A DNA stretch of 63,714 nucleotides, counting the filler. It is 8 parts of 8 records of this genome, joined end to end, with 100 filler letters (N's around TTAATTAATTAA, not from the genome) between each part and the next. Parts side by side here need not be neighbours in the genome. Positions count along the whole stretch, not along the records: positions 21,184 to 32,727 come from SRR15195285_299; positions 32,828 to 36,220 come from SRR15195285_302; 6 more parts are not named here. One strand, given 5' to 3'. Numbering within the stretch: the stretch's first letter is position 1; every line of letters starts with the position of its first letter. Under the pieces are notes generated by a model, which saw nothing but the letters and a program-made list of their open reading frames with translations, had not been told where the DNA came from and did no database searches. The position numbers and the translations under genes were made by a program. This document shows, piece after piece, positions 21,409-32,883 of this stretch.

Positions 21409-24081
21409 ATGCGGAAAGGCGGTTCGCCGCCGGCGGAGTCGCCACGCGGCTCGCCGTCGGCTATGGCGAACGCCGTGTTCTCGCGCCATGCGAGCCTGTC
21501 GGAACAGCTGAGGACAGCCAGTAGCAACCTCCAGCAGAGCCTCGACGCGCTCGGCTCGATGGCGACGTGGGAGCCGGAGCCGGCAGTGTCCGGCCGTGCG
21601 TCGTACCCGACGACGCCCAAGGTCGGGAACGGAGGCACGAGCCCAGCCAACAGTGCCGCTCCGTCGCTGGCGGTCTCCTCGCCGACGCATGACTCGTCGC
21701 AGGCCTCGCTCCTGATCCAGCGCATCCAGGAGCTCGAGACCGCGCAGCAACGCCAGCTGAAGGAGCAGGGCGACCTGCGCATGCAGCTGGTCGAAAAAGA
21801 CGAGAAGATGCGCAAGATGGTGGCGGCGCACAAGCGGCTCAAGACTAAGGCCGCCGAAGCGCCGGCCAGCCCTGTGCAGCAGAGACACGCGCAGTCGATG
21901 GAGGCGCGAAAACGTGCGGCAGAGGCGGCCGCCAAAAAGGCGATTGCTGAGAAGAAAGATATGCAGCGCGAGGTCCAGAAGCTCAAGGACCAGCTGCACG
22001 CGCTGACGAGCATTGCGCCCGATGCCGATGGAGACGGCGGCGGAGTCGCGTTGCACCGAGAAACTGCTGCCCGCATCCGCGCCGAGCAAGAGCTCGCGGC
22101 AGCCAACAGCGAGACGGTAGGCGGCCTAATGAGCCCTGCGGGTGGTGCTATGAAGCGCGAGCGTGACGCACTTCGCCACCAGCTGGAGACACTCAAGGCC
22201 GAGATGGCGCAGCGCACAGGAGGCCATCGATTTACGGAGGGGGGTAGCACCCCGAAGGCCACGGGCTCGCTGCTCAGCCAGCGCACCCGCGAAGAAATGG
22301 AGTCGGAGAAGGCTCGACTGCAAGCCGAGCTAGAAACGTTGTCTTCTGCCAAGCTCGAGTTGGAGAGGCAGCGGGAGGTCGAGGTTACTGCTCGGACGGA
22401 AGCGGAGAGCAGGGCCAGGGAGGCCGAAGACCATTCCGCGGAGCTGCACAAGGCCTTGCGATCATTGGAACGGCACTGCGCAGACCTTGAGGGGCGCGAG
22501 ACCACCATGAAAGAACAGCAGCGCATGGTGGCCGAGCTGCGCGTTTCTACGCAAGCTGCGCTCGTCGGAGAGCAGCAGGAAGAAGTCGAGTCTGTTCGTC
22601 AGACCGAAGACCAGAAACGAGAGCAAGCGGAAAAAACCTTGGATCAGACTTTGGATGAGGTGGTAGCTCAAGCTGAGGCCCGTTTTGAAGGCACACTCAC
22701 AGATATTGACCACAAATGGTCCGGGCAAGTCCGTGGCACAGAGGCTGCGATCACTGCTGCGAAGCAAGCCATCACAGATGAATACGTTGGCAGCATCTCC
22801 GAGTTGACAAGCGCGCTTGATCAAGCGCGGTCTCAGGGTCGCGAGCTGCAGCAGGTTGCAGATGAGCGTGCACGGCAGCTGGACAATGCTGAGAAGCGTC
22901 TCGCACAGGACCGTCTCATCAGCGAGCAGAAACTTCGGGACGCGCAGGCTGTCGTACGTGCTGATGCTGAGACATCGGCGGAGCAGCAGATCCAGGCGGC
23001 CAAGGCCGAGGCTGAGGCCGGTTGGTCTGATCTAGTGGATATTTTGCAAACGCAGGCCCAAGAAGCGCAGCAGGAGATGCTAACATTGAGGCGCAAAACT
23101 GCTGACACGCAGCAAGCCCTCATCCAGGCTGAGACGGTTTCCACGGAACTACGCAAGCAGGTCGCGAAGCTCCACCAAGACCTGTCGACAGCAGAGAGCC
23201 GCCCGGCTGAGGATCCGCAGGCGGAGCTTGAGAGGCAGGAGCTCTTCAGCCAGCTTTCTGCGAGCGAAGCTCGTGCTGCTAAGCTGGAACAGCAAACCAC
23301 ACAGATGGTGAAGCAGGCGCGACTCGACGCAGAACAAAAGACGCTCGAGGACGTGGAGGAGATCATCCAGAACCTCGAAGACGGAAACGCGAAGCTTGAG
23401 GGGCAGCTCTCGGAGGCGAGAGCTGAGTTAGCCGAAGGTTCGTCCGTCGAAGTCACTGCTTTGGAACGGCGCGTAGCGCAGCTCAGTGCAGAATTGTCCA
23501 CGGCCCAGGTTTCGATTCAGGCCTCGATGGTTCAGGCTGCAGACGCAGCGGAAAAGCTTACTGCGGAACAAGCGCAGCGTGTCCAGCTTCAAATGGAGGT
23601 TGACCAGCTTCAACTGGAGCTCCAGGCTGCATCTGCTGTTCAGCCTGACGGCAAACATGACGCAGATGCGCGCGTTTCAGAGCTGAGTCAGCGGGCGGCT
23701 GTCGCGGAGTCGCGCGTAGCAGAACTGAGTCAACAGGCTGCTGACGCAGCAGAACAGCTGGCCGCGGAGAAAGCGCAGCGTGTGAACCTGCAGTCAGAGG
23801 TTGAGCAACTGCAGCTAGAGCTTCAGTTCGCTGAAACCACTGCTGGTGCGCCAGGCGATACGGATGCCGCAGATTCGCGTGCAGCAGAGCTGACGCAACA
23901 ACTGACTAACGCCACTGTCGCGGCTGCGGAGGCTTCAACTGCGTCGCTACATGAAGTCGCAGGCCTGCAGACTGACCTCACCATCGAAAAGGAGCTTCGC
24001 TCCCAGGCAGAGCTCGAGGTTGAGCAACTCAAAGCCACAGTAGCAGACTTGGAGGAGAAAGCGCGCCGGGCGGTTGAATAG
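21409..24081 (+). CDS. Long coiled-coil protein; possibly the N-terminal half of the downstream PI3K gene
   Basis: About 890 codons rich in E/Q/A/L with heptad character. It is in the same frame as the PI3K ORF and separated from it by a single TAG (24079-24081). The start codon is uncertain (21409 or 21463). Confidence 0.7.
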   Translation: MRKGGSPPAESPRGSPSAMANAVFSRHASLSEQLRTASSNLQQSLDALGSMATWEPEPAVSGRASYPTTPKVGNGGTSPANSAAPSLAVSSPTHDSSQASLLIQRIQELETAQQRQLKEQGDLRMQLVEKDEKMRKMVAAHKRLKTKAAEAPASPVQQRHAQSMEARKRAAEAAAKKAIAEKKDMQREVQKLKDQLHALTSIAPDADGDGGGVALHRETAARIRAEQELAAANSETVGGLMSPAGGAMKRERDALRHQLETLKAEMAQRTGGHRFTEGGSTPKATGSLLSQRTREEMESEKARLQAELETLSSAKLELERQREVEVTARTEAESRAREAEDHSAELHKALRSLERHCADLEGRETTMKEQQRMVAELRVSTQAALVGEQQEEVESVRQTEDQKREQAEKTLDQTLDEVVAQAEARFEGTLTDIDHKWSGQVRGTEAAITAAKQAITDEYVGSISELTSALDQARSQGRELQQVADERARQLDNAEKRLAQDRLISEQKLRDAQAVVRADAETSAEQQIQAAKAEAEAGWSDLVDILQTQAQEAQQEMLTLRRKTADTQQALIQAETVSTELRKQVAKLHQDLSTAESRPAEDPQAELERQELFSQLSASEARAAKLEQQTTQMVKQARLDAEQKTLEDVEEIIQNLEDGNAKLEGQLSEARAELAEGSSVEVTALERRVAQLSAELSTAQVSIQASMVQAADAAEKLTAEQAQRVQLQMEVDQLQLELQAASAVQPDGKHDADARVSELSQRAAVAESRVAELSQQAADAAEQLAAEKAQRVNLQSEVEQLQLELQFAETTAGAPGDTDAADSRAAELTQQLTNATVAAAEASTASLHEVAGLQTDLTIEKELRSQAELEVEQLKATVADLEEKARRAVE

Positions 24082-24105
24082 GCTGTCCCACCCGAGGGGC
24101 CACGT

Positions 24106-27100
24106 GTGCCAAGCCTAAGTTTGGGCTTGACAACATCAGCAGACAGCTCCCAGCAGCTTTCGCTTGGAATCCCGGACACCGAGAATCATGTCAGCATGCA
24201 TAGCGAAAACCTGAGAGCTTTGTACGCTGTCGCCGATGTGAATGGGGACGGCAACGTCTCTCGTGCAGAACTAGTTGAGGCTCTCCGCCGAGATCCTAGT
24301 TTGCAAAGCCTTTTCAACCTCCCGATTGGCAAACGACTTGGCGCAGAAGAGCGAGCGCGCATTGAGGCAATATTCGATGACATGGACGATGACCATTCGT
24401 TCGGCATTTCGTTCGAGGAGTTTTCATCGTATGTCCAGGAAAAATATTCTAAGCTACCTGTCCTGCCGCCAGGCTCGTATGCCACGGGGCCACGAGTGGT
24501 GTCGATTGCCACCGATGGATCTCTGTCGGTAACTGATCCATCGGAGCTCAATGAGCAGAGGAAGATTTTGTTCCACGACGTTGTCCCACCTGTCGCTCGA
24601 AGCGCACGTGCGCGTCTGGACTCTGTAGCCGTGACGAGCGAGCCAGAGGATATAGCGCGAAGCCCACGCCGAGCTAGTCGCCGTGGAGGCGTGTTTACAT
24701 ACCACACAGGTGATAGTGCAGATGATGCCACGAAGGAAATTGCAGCCCTGGTCGGTGTGGAGCAGATAGGCATGGAGAATATTGTGTCCGACGAGTTCTT
24801 CGGGCGGCGACACCGGTTCCGTACCGCGATGAAGCACAAGGTCAAGCAGGAACTCAAGCTCAACCAACGCAAGACACACCCGATGGACCTTCCCGGATTT
24901 TGGACACGTCCGACCTTGTCGGAGCCGTATGCTTCGCTGATGGAGCCATTTTCGCTCAAGGTCCACCTCCCGCTCGGTGCGGTCGTGGAGATGGACTGTG
25001 AGCCGGAGCAGCAGATGATGGAGGTCTTAGAAATGGTGGTCTCAGAGTGTGAAGATGTCGAAGAGGCCTCTGTTCCCGAGGAGGGTGCCGTAGGCTTTGT
25101 GCTCAAGGCACGGGGCATCTATAATTACTTGGACGGAGATGACATTCTGATCAACTACACGCACATAAGAGACCAGCTGAAGAAATGCCTGGTTCCGGAA
25201 GTCGTCGCAGTCCCGCGTGAGGTTGCGCATGCGGAATGCATGCAGTTTGTTGCACCAGACTTGACAGACGAAAATTTCGCCGAAAGCGACAGTGAAGACG
25301 AGGAGGAGGACTACGAGACGCTAGAACGGAAGTTCGACATGCGTGCAGTTCGCACCAGCTGGCCCTTCATTCCCATCAGCGAACTGCGTTCGTCAGTCCG
25401 TGTGACACTTGGTGGCGTTGACAATCTCGAGTTTGAAGACAGTTTACCTGATCCGTGGATAGACCCGTTCCGAGCACAGATGGGTGCTAAGGCACCGAAG
25501 ACACCGAAAGGTCGTCGCGGCTCAGTATTTGATGGTACTGCCAAGCGAAAGGCAGACGAAGTGCCGGCAGCAGTTGCCAAGAAGGTAGACACGTTGCCTC
25601 GATCATCCAGGGAGGCAAGCGGTGCGAATATGAAAAAGAGACGAAGTTCGCTACATGGCAACGAAGCGGAGGAGAAGGAGGTGAAGGACGCTGGTGCTGA
25701 CATGGTTTATGTCGAAGCTGGGCTGTACTACGGCGGTGAACAAATTTGCAATATGGTCCGGACGCACAGGCAGCCTCGATGCTCTAACCCGCACTTTAAT
25801 GAGGTGCTTGATTTTGGGTTCCCGTTGAACCGGCTGCCACGCTCAACCCGCATTTGCTTCACGATATGGAAGGTTGGCGCGAACCAGCACGAAAACGACG
25901 CCAGCCCGCTCGGATGGGTAGGGATGTATTTGTTTGATGACCTCAACCGCTTGCGGCAAGGGGCACAAAATTTCTCATGCTGGCCAATGGATCGTGGCAA
26001 TCCGATCGGCACATGTGAAGAGAATATGGGTGGCGACCCAGAGCGGACGCCAGCGCTAACGGTGACTCTGGATCGCTACCCCAAAACTGTGCTGCACCCA
26101 CGGAATTTGCACATGACTGGAATGGCGCAATCTTCCGTTGAACATGGCTACGCGGACCAGCCGTGGACACGCAATGACCGCGAGCGCGTGAAGGAGCTGC
26201 TGCTGTCTGATCCTCTAGAGCAACTTTCGGACAAGGATAAAAAGCTCATGTGGAAACTGCGTTACATGTGTACGACACGGCCAGAGGGACTTGCCAAGGT
26301 TTTGCGAGCGGCGGACTGGACAGACAAAGAGGCTGTGCAAGAAGTGCACCGATTGCTAGACGAGTGGGAAACCTTGACGCCTAAGCAAGCCCTGGAGCTG
26401 CTAGACGCCCACTACCCTGATGAGAGGGTTCGCTCCTACGCGGTGGACTGCCTACGGCCACTACCGGACGATGAATTGGCTGAGTTTGTCTTGCAGCTAG
26501 TCCAGGTGCTCAAGTATGAGCAGTCGCACGATTCAACCCTCGCTACGTTTTTGATTTGTCGTGCAATCCGCTGCCCGAATCTTGTGGGACATATCTTCTT
26601 TTGGCACTTGAAGGCAGAGATGCATGTGCCTGAGATCTCAGAGCGGTATGGTTTGATCTTAGAGCTTTACCTGGAACTCTCACCCGCTCACAGGAAGGAC
26701 CTACACACACAAAACATTGTGATGGAACTGCTGCTGACCGCGGCACGTTCAATTAAGGACAAGTCAGTAGCTAAGAAGGATCGTAAAGCCAAACTGCACG
26801 AAGTGCTCAGGGCCACCGTGTTCCCAGAGCGATTCGGCTTGCCGCTCAATCCTGAGTGGGTTTGTCAAGGTCTGAAGGTAGAGAAATGCAAGTACATGGA
26901 CAGCAAGAAGCTACCACTGTGGCTGTGTTTCGTGAGCGCGGACCCTGTAGGAAAGGACTTATACGTCATGTTTAAGGATGGCGATGATCTGCGTCAGGAC
27001 TTGCTGACGCTCCAGATGTTCCGCATTATGGACAACATTTGGCGGCGAGACGGCCTCGATCTGAAGATGATCCCCTACACGTGTGTTGCAACGGGTGACG

Positions 27101-28032
27101 AGATCGGTATGCTAGAGATCGTGACATCGTCGAACACCATAGCGAACATTACCTTTGATATGGGAGGGAAGAACGCACGCTCAGTCTATGACAAAAAGGT
27201 TATCTTGAAATGGCTGGAGCAGCACAATCCGGGCGATGTTAGCGAGATGGACGAGGTGATCGAGCGATTCTCGGCGTCGTGCGCAGGCTACTGTGTTGGG
27301 ACATACGCCCTCGGCATTGGCGACCGTCACAACGATAACGTCATGCTCAAAGAGAACGGAAACTTTTTCCACATCGATTTCGGCCACTTCCTTGGGAACT
27401 ACAAATCCAAATTTGGCATAAAGCGCGAGAAGGCCCCGTTCATTTTTACACCAGCCATGGCCCATGTCTTCGGCGGCGTGGAGACAGCGGAGTACTCACA
27501 ATTTGCATCGCAGTGCTGCGAGGTGCGTGTCTTCTTCTTCTTCGAAGACCATACGCCAGGAGTACTGTGACCCTGTCTACAGGTTGCCTCGGGTACACCC
27601 TAACTTACTGCCTCGTTGCACGACCAATCTGTTGCACTGCGTAGGCGTACAACATCCTCCGGGCAGAGTCGAGCTTTTTCATCACTTTGTTCCAGCTTAT
27701 GCTCTCCACAGGCAGTGCGTCATGCCATCCGTGGATCTACCCGACTCGTGCTTGGCTCTAACACCTTGCTTGGTGTTCGCACTGTTTGCTTGGCTGCAGT
27801 TCCTGAGCTACAGACTGCTGATGATATTCTTTACATGCGCAAGTCGCTGGTCCCGCAGCGGTTGATGAAAGAGCAGGAAGCGACGGCTCGTTTCGAGGAA
27901 CTTATAACCGTGGCGCTGACTACGAAAACCACGCAGCTCAACGACGCCGTGCACCTTATGGCCCACCAGGTGCAAGACGAACGGAAAGAGAAGAAGGCCG
28001 ACAAGAAATCGAAAAAGGCAGGCAAGAAGTAG
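24106..28032 (+). CDS. Class I-type phosphatidylinositol 3-kinase catalytic subunit with N-terminal EF-hand pair
   Basis: EF-hands (DVNGDGNVSRAE, DDDHSFGISFEE), an RBD-like region (FVLKARGIYNYLDG), C2 (VYVEAGLYYGGEQIC) and a PIK helical domain. Kinase motifs: MDSKKLPLWL, KDGDDLRQD, GIGDRHNDN and HIDFGHFLGN. Introns 27523-27644 and 27715-27799 restore MLSTGIPEL. Confidence 0.93.
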
Positions 28033-28121
28033 GCTGAGCGAACGGCAAGATGATATATTTATAAACTACAATAATGAGTTCCTCTTCTGGATACACAGGC
28101 GCCCGGTCAACGCGTCGTGGT

Positions 28122-29222
28122 CTAACTGTGAACGCGAGCTGCCGGCGCCGGGTCACTCTCCACTCTTCTGTGCGCTTGCCCACGGCACAGAAACATACCC
28201 TTGCGCGAGTACGAACGTTTCACTGAGCGCTGCTTGCGTTTTCCGTTCACTGTTTTAACGTCCGGCTGCCCGGCTAGCTGCATCTCAAGCTCGGCCCTCG
28301 CGGACTCGAGCAGAGCAGATCGGATACTCGCAGCGCGCAGCTGGCTGGACCCGGTGTCATGCTGCGGCACCACGCCTCCAAGAAGTAGCCTCGCACCAGC
28401 ATCCAGCGATTCCTCACTGGGTAAGACAAAAAACACGGCACCTTGCTCTGGCGGGGGGAGGGCGTCCCCATCGCCGAGGCGGCGGGAGCTGTGGCAACGC
28501 GAGGAGCTAGGCTGGGTTTGAGAGAGGTGCACTTCCGAAGTGGACAGCTCCAGGGCATTGCAGCGCCTGCACAGAGCCGAGTTGCCCACCCAGCGCCGAG
28601 ATATCTCGTCTGCCAGTGCATTCTTAAGCTCCCTGACGCACCAGTTGCTGACGGCGTTCACCCGCACCGCGGGGACGCCCGGGATCTTGACCTGCACGCT
28701 GACGCTGCGCCCGACGCCGTTGCGACTGGGCCGCGACGGCACCGCGAACAGGGTGCAGCCATCGTCGAGCCCGAACTCCGCCGCAATCATACCAGCGTCT
28801 GCATCCAACACTTTGCCACCGAGCATGAGCCGCAGCGTGCCGCCAGGTATCGCCACGCCCGCCTCCCGCAGACTGGCCAGAGCGGCCGCTTGCACTTGGC
28901 ACACGGTCGCGTCCGCGCGAACGCTCACGGCGCGCCGCGTCCGTGCGGCTCCAGCCACGCGCAGGTGGACGCTAACCGAGCGGCCTGGGTCTGGCCGCCG
29001 TACCAGATGCACCGTTACGCTACCAACGCCCTCGGCGTCAACGAGCCTGTGCAACGCATCGGTCGACTCCAGTCTCCGGCCTCTAAAGATGTACATCTGC
29101 TCGGCGCGCGCAACGCGCAAGGTGCGCTCGATCACCTCCGCCACATCCCCCACCGTCCCTCCCCCAACCTCAACTCCCACATCAATCTCCTCCCCCGCCA
29201 ACGTCCTAACCACGACTGACAT
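28122..29222 (-). CDS. Protein with two or three tandem ubiquitin-like domains
   Basis: MSVVVRTLAGEEI...QMYIFRGRRLE...VHLV and LRLMLGGKVLD...FGLDDGCTLFAV are ubiquitin-fold patterns. A third, degenerate unit follows. Confidence 0.65.
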   Translation of the reverse strand: MSVVVRTLAGEEIDVGVEVGGGTVGDVAEVIERTLRVARAEQMYIFRGRRLESTDALHRLVDAEGVGSVTVHLVRRPDPGRSVSVHLRVAGAARTRRAVSVRADATVCQVQAAALASLREAGVAIPGGTLRLMLGGKVLDADAGMIAAEFGLDDGCTLFAVPSRPSRNGVGRSVSVQVKIPGVPAVRVNAVSNWCVRELKNALADEISRRWVGNSALCRRCNALELSTSEVHLSQTQPSSSRCHSSRRLGDGDALPPPEQGAVFFVLPSEESLDAGARLLLGGVVPQHDTGSSQLRAASIRSALLESARAELEMQLAGQPDVKTVNGKRKQRSVKRSYSRKGMFLCRGQAHRRVESDPAPAARVHS

Positions 29223-30205
29223 AGCGCCCTGAAAGCGCCCTGGGGCAGCCGAAACTGGCCGAAGCCGACGTCCAAGCCCAAGCCCAAGCCCAAGCCCCAG
29301 CGGCGCTCCGTTTGCCACCGTTCTTGGTTCTAAGACTCGTTATTACCTGGCTATGAAAAAATGATATTTGATAGTGAACCACGCACAATGAATACGACTC
29401 TTTGAGGAGTGCTTGTGCATGAGACAGCGAGGTACCGGTACAATTTTCCGAGTCCTGCCTGGGCCGAGGCATTCATTCCCGTACAATCGATACAAATTAC
29501 AGCGAGTGCAAATTGGCAGGGGTGGAAAACTGGAACCGACGAGGGATCCAGCTGTAATCCCGGGTAGGAAGTTCCTCGGAGTACCGTGCCGGTACACACT
29601 CTAACACTGTATAGTAGGATCCTACTAGTACGAGTTTGAGAGTAGGATTCCTATAAAGTAGGTTGTAAGTAGGAAAATCAATCGTGTGTAATCAATCGAT
29701 GTAGAGCGCCGAACTGTACTGAAATGTCGGTCAGTTTCAAGATCTGTGAAGTTGCTCTCCGTCTGATCCAGAGATCAACGTCAAGTCTCAAAATGAGAAC
29801 GGGAAATTTGCGAGGTGGCCTGGTTTGAGTGTTTACGCATTGAAGGCATTCCCACCGAGGCAATTTCTATTCCTCGCGATTTCACCGTCATTGTACATTG
29901 AGGTGGCGGAAGGTCGTGCTGAATCGACCGATCAAGAATTGGATGGAATTCATGCTGGGGTTCCATTCAGACGCTTCAGATGCTCAGGAGGTCCTGAGTA
30001 CATGCACGCTGTACCACATTGACTGTAAAATACTCACCGTATCGAGTGTGAAATAGGGGACTTTACGAAGCGGAATGGACGGTACCGACCGATGGATGGA
30101 CGAATGGACGTTGAAAACGACGGCGAACGTCCAGAAGAAGGTGGTGGGCGGGGTGGGCGTAGCGATCGCGTTGCGGGCGGTGCGTTGGCTGTGGGCGGCG
30201 CTGGG

Positions 30206-30937
30206 ATGCCGTTCTTCTTCGACGAGAGCGCTGCTGAGCCGACGGGCTGGCATGGGCTGGCGCAGAAGCCGGCGGTGGAGTGGGCGGATGAGCTGTACAG
30301 CGCGCTGCAGGAGAGCGAGCTGAGGCTGCTCGCCATCGACTTCGACAGAACGCTGGTGAGAGTGCACACCAGCGGTTGCTACGAGGGGCCGATCGAGGCG
30401 CTGGTGCAGCAGGCACGGCCGGAGTTCGTACACCTGATAGAGGTGGCGCTCGCGGCGGGCACCAGCGTGGCCATTGTAACGTTCTCGCCGCAGGCGGCGA
30501 TGATTCGAGCGTTGCTGCAGGGCTGCATCGGCCCCGAGCTGGCAGCGATGGTGCAGCTGCGCACGGCCGACCCGAGCGAGATGTGGAGCGGGGTACCCGG
30601 CCTCCCGAGCCGTCAGGCCGGCAAGCTGCATCACATAGCCTCCGCCTGGGAAGGCTGCGGCCTGGGCGACGCCAGAGCGTGCGACTGGGGCTCGGTGCTG
30701 CTCATCGACGACGACAGACTGAACACAGACGCGGCTGAGGGCTGGGGCGCCCGCGCAGTGCTGTTCAACCCAGACGCCCTGGACACGGAGCAGATGTTGC
30801 TAGGCGACATCAACACGGCCATCTACGGCCCACCGCAGGCTTCGCCGTCGGCGTGCTTCGTCACTCCACCGAACCCAGGAGTGAGGCACAGAGCTCCACT
30901 CGCGGAGTCGCAGTCGAATGTCGCCCGAGCCCGGTGA
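30206..30937 (+). CDS. HAD-superfamily phosphatase
   Basis: Motif I AIDFDRTL (DxDxT), motif II IVTFS, motif III GKLHHI and motif IV LLIDDDRLN. Confidence 0.75.
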   Translation: MPFFFDESAAEPTGWHGLAQKPAVEWADELYSALQESELRLLAIDFDRTLVRVHTSGCYEGPIEALVQQARPEFVHLIEVALAAGTSVAIVTFSPQAAMIRALLQGCIGPELAAMVQLRTADPSEMWSGVPGLPSRQAGKLHHIASAWEGCGLGDARACDWGSVLLIDDDRLNTDAAEGWGARAVLFNPDALDTEQMLLGDINTAIYGPPQASPSACFVTPPNPGVRHRAPLAESQSNVARAR

Positions 30938-31210
30938 CAGTGGCACGAGCTCAACGCAGGCAGCACCGGATCAGAGCCCTTGCCTCGCAAACGCCACGTC
31001 GCTGATGCATAGTGCATGTACAGAGCTGCGTGGTGGAGGTGGGGGGCTGCGAATGGTGTGCACGAGAAATGAAACGCTCCGTTCTATACGCCCCTTCGAA
31101 CGGTTCTTGCACACCATCGTCTGAAAGGTGGGCCAGCGCATGGCCCGCCCACACGCAGCGAGGTGCGCCAGCGAGGTGCGCCAGCTGGCCGCGAGGTGCT
31201 ACGTGCCGCG

Positions 31211-32293
31211 TCACTCCAGCTCAGTAGTCGAGGGCTTGGTTCCGCCGAACCTCTCCTGCTCGCTCGTCCATACCCTTCGGAAGTAAACGCCAAGGCCCAC
31301 GACAGCCATCAGCGTTATCGCTGCCTCCACCGCGATCAGGACCCACTCCTCATTACTGTGGTCCGCACTATACATTACCAAGCCATGCAGCTGGCGCGCC
31401 TGGTGCCCGAGCGACGAGAACAACAACGTTCCCGGAATGAACCCAACGGCGTTCCCAGCAGCGTACGGCCCCAGCGTCCTGCAAACGCGCCGCAGGCGGA
31501 GCAACGTCACTTCTATGCAAGCGTCATTTCCGTTGGACCACATAGGAAAGATACCAGTTAAGCTAAGCCTACCCGGCATTTGCGGTTTTCCCTACCCAGC
31601 GGGCTTTGGGCACACGTACACTTCTGAAAGCGCAAAGAGGTAGTTGAAAAAGCCGCCCCACAAGAACGGCGTGCGGATCAGGGCGACTACCTTCGCCGAC
31701 TCGTAACCTGGTTGGCGCAGCGCGTTGTTAAGCCAGTGAAAGGTGCCGAAGCGCCGCCGCGTCATGCGCTGTGCCAGCGGTCGGCACAAATTTCGCACGA
31801 GCACAGCGTTCAGCAGCGCGCCCAGGTTGACCTGGGCGTACGCCACAGCCCACGCCTTGAGCCGTGAGGTAAACACAATGCCCGCAAGCACAGTCGGCAG
31901 GTAGCCAGTCGGACTGAGCGCGGTGAAGGTCGTCGACATCAGCAGGAACACCCAGCCGGCATAGTTGGGCGGCAGTGTCTCGATCCACGCGGAAGCATCT
32001 TCCAGATGCTGCACCATGTCGAGCCGCGTGTAGGCCAGATAAAACGTGCATGCCAGAGCAGCTTTCCAAAGCAGCCGGGACACACAGAACCGGGTGAGTG
32101 TCTTGCGACCGCCACCTGCCTGTTGCTGCTCGTGCTCAGCGTTGCCCTCTGCGCCACCCTCAGCGTCGTTCCGCGTTTCCGTGTGGCTGGTGCTCAGAGC
32201 GTTGAGGACGACTGCTGGGCCGACTACCTCATTTGTCGCCCTAGTGCCCGGCGCATAGGCCGCCTCTGAACCAAGCAGCTCCTCGGCGGACAT
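31211..32293 (-). CDS. DedA/VTT (TVP38/TMEM64-like) membrane protein
   Basis: Several TM segments and VALIRTPFLWGGFFNYLFALS. Removing intron 31619-31479 (GTACGT..TTTGCAG) gives LSEVTLGPYAAGNAVGFIPG, typical of DedA/VTT domains. Confidence 0.75.
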
Positions 32294-32727
32294 GGCCTCA
32301 CGCTGCGCCCCGCCTACGCCAGGGGCGCCCCATCGCTAGCGGTTTAGCGGACAGCACGCCGTCTCAGCATCTCAATCGACAACTCGCGCGGTGATGCCAA
32401 CGCCCAGTTCACATCGGCACTGCTGTCATCCCGCAAACCACCAGAGAGGGCGGAGAAGATCTTACACGGCCTGCTTGAGTATCGACTTCCAGCCTCCCGA
32501 CCAGCCTACCTTCTGTGTGCCGGCTGTCCGTCCGTCCCCGCTGAGCGACACGGAGCCCGGGCGCATGCGTGACACCGGAGTGCCGGAGAGCGGAGTCACC
32601 GCTCGCGGCTACTCAGACAGCCTACTCGAGTAGCTACTGTATGAGACAGCGCACCTCGGAATGAGTCGGTTCTGTGAATACTGCTCACGCCTGAGAATCC
32701 CGCTGCAAAAAAACTCAACGTAGTTCT

Positions 32728-32827
32728 NNNNNNNNNNNNNNNNNNNNNNNNNNNNNNNNNNNNNNNNNNNNTTAATTAATTAANNNNNNNNNNNNNNNNN
32801 NNNNNNNNNNNNNNNNNNNNNNNNNNN
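32728..32827. other. Artificial contig-joining spacer
   Basis: N44-TTAATTAATTAA-N44. Confidence 0.98.
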
Positions 32828-32883
32828 CAAGACAGGCTCGGGACAAACATAGGAAAAAGTTGAGAAAAAAAGGCGTTCCGCAG

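Noticed and set aside
21132-23501. Long antisense ORFs (464, 317 and 222 aa) opposite the coiled-coil gene, and similar shadows elsewhere
   Set aside because: They are expected from GC-rich codon bias, have no motifs, and some run into the N spacer.
24079-24081. Genome-wide TAG reassignment (alternative genetic code)
   Set aside because: TAG ends other genes at plausible C-termini (28032, 36749, 19352), and the long ORFs lack internal TAGs.
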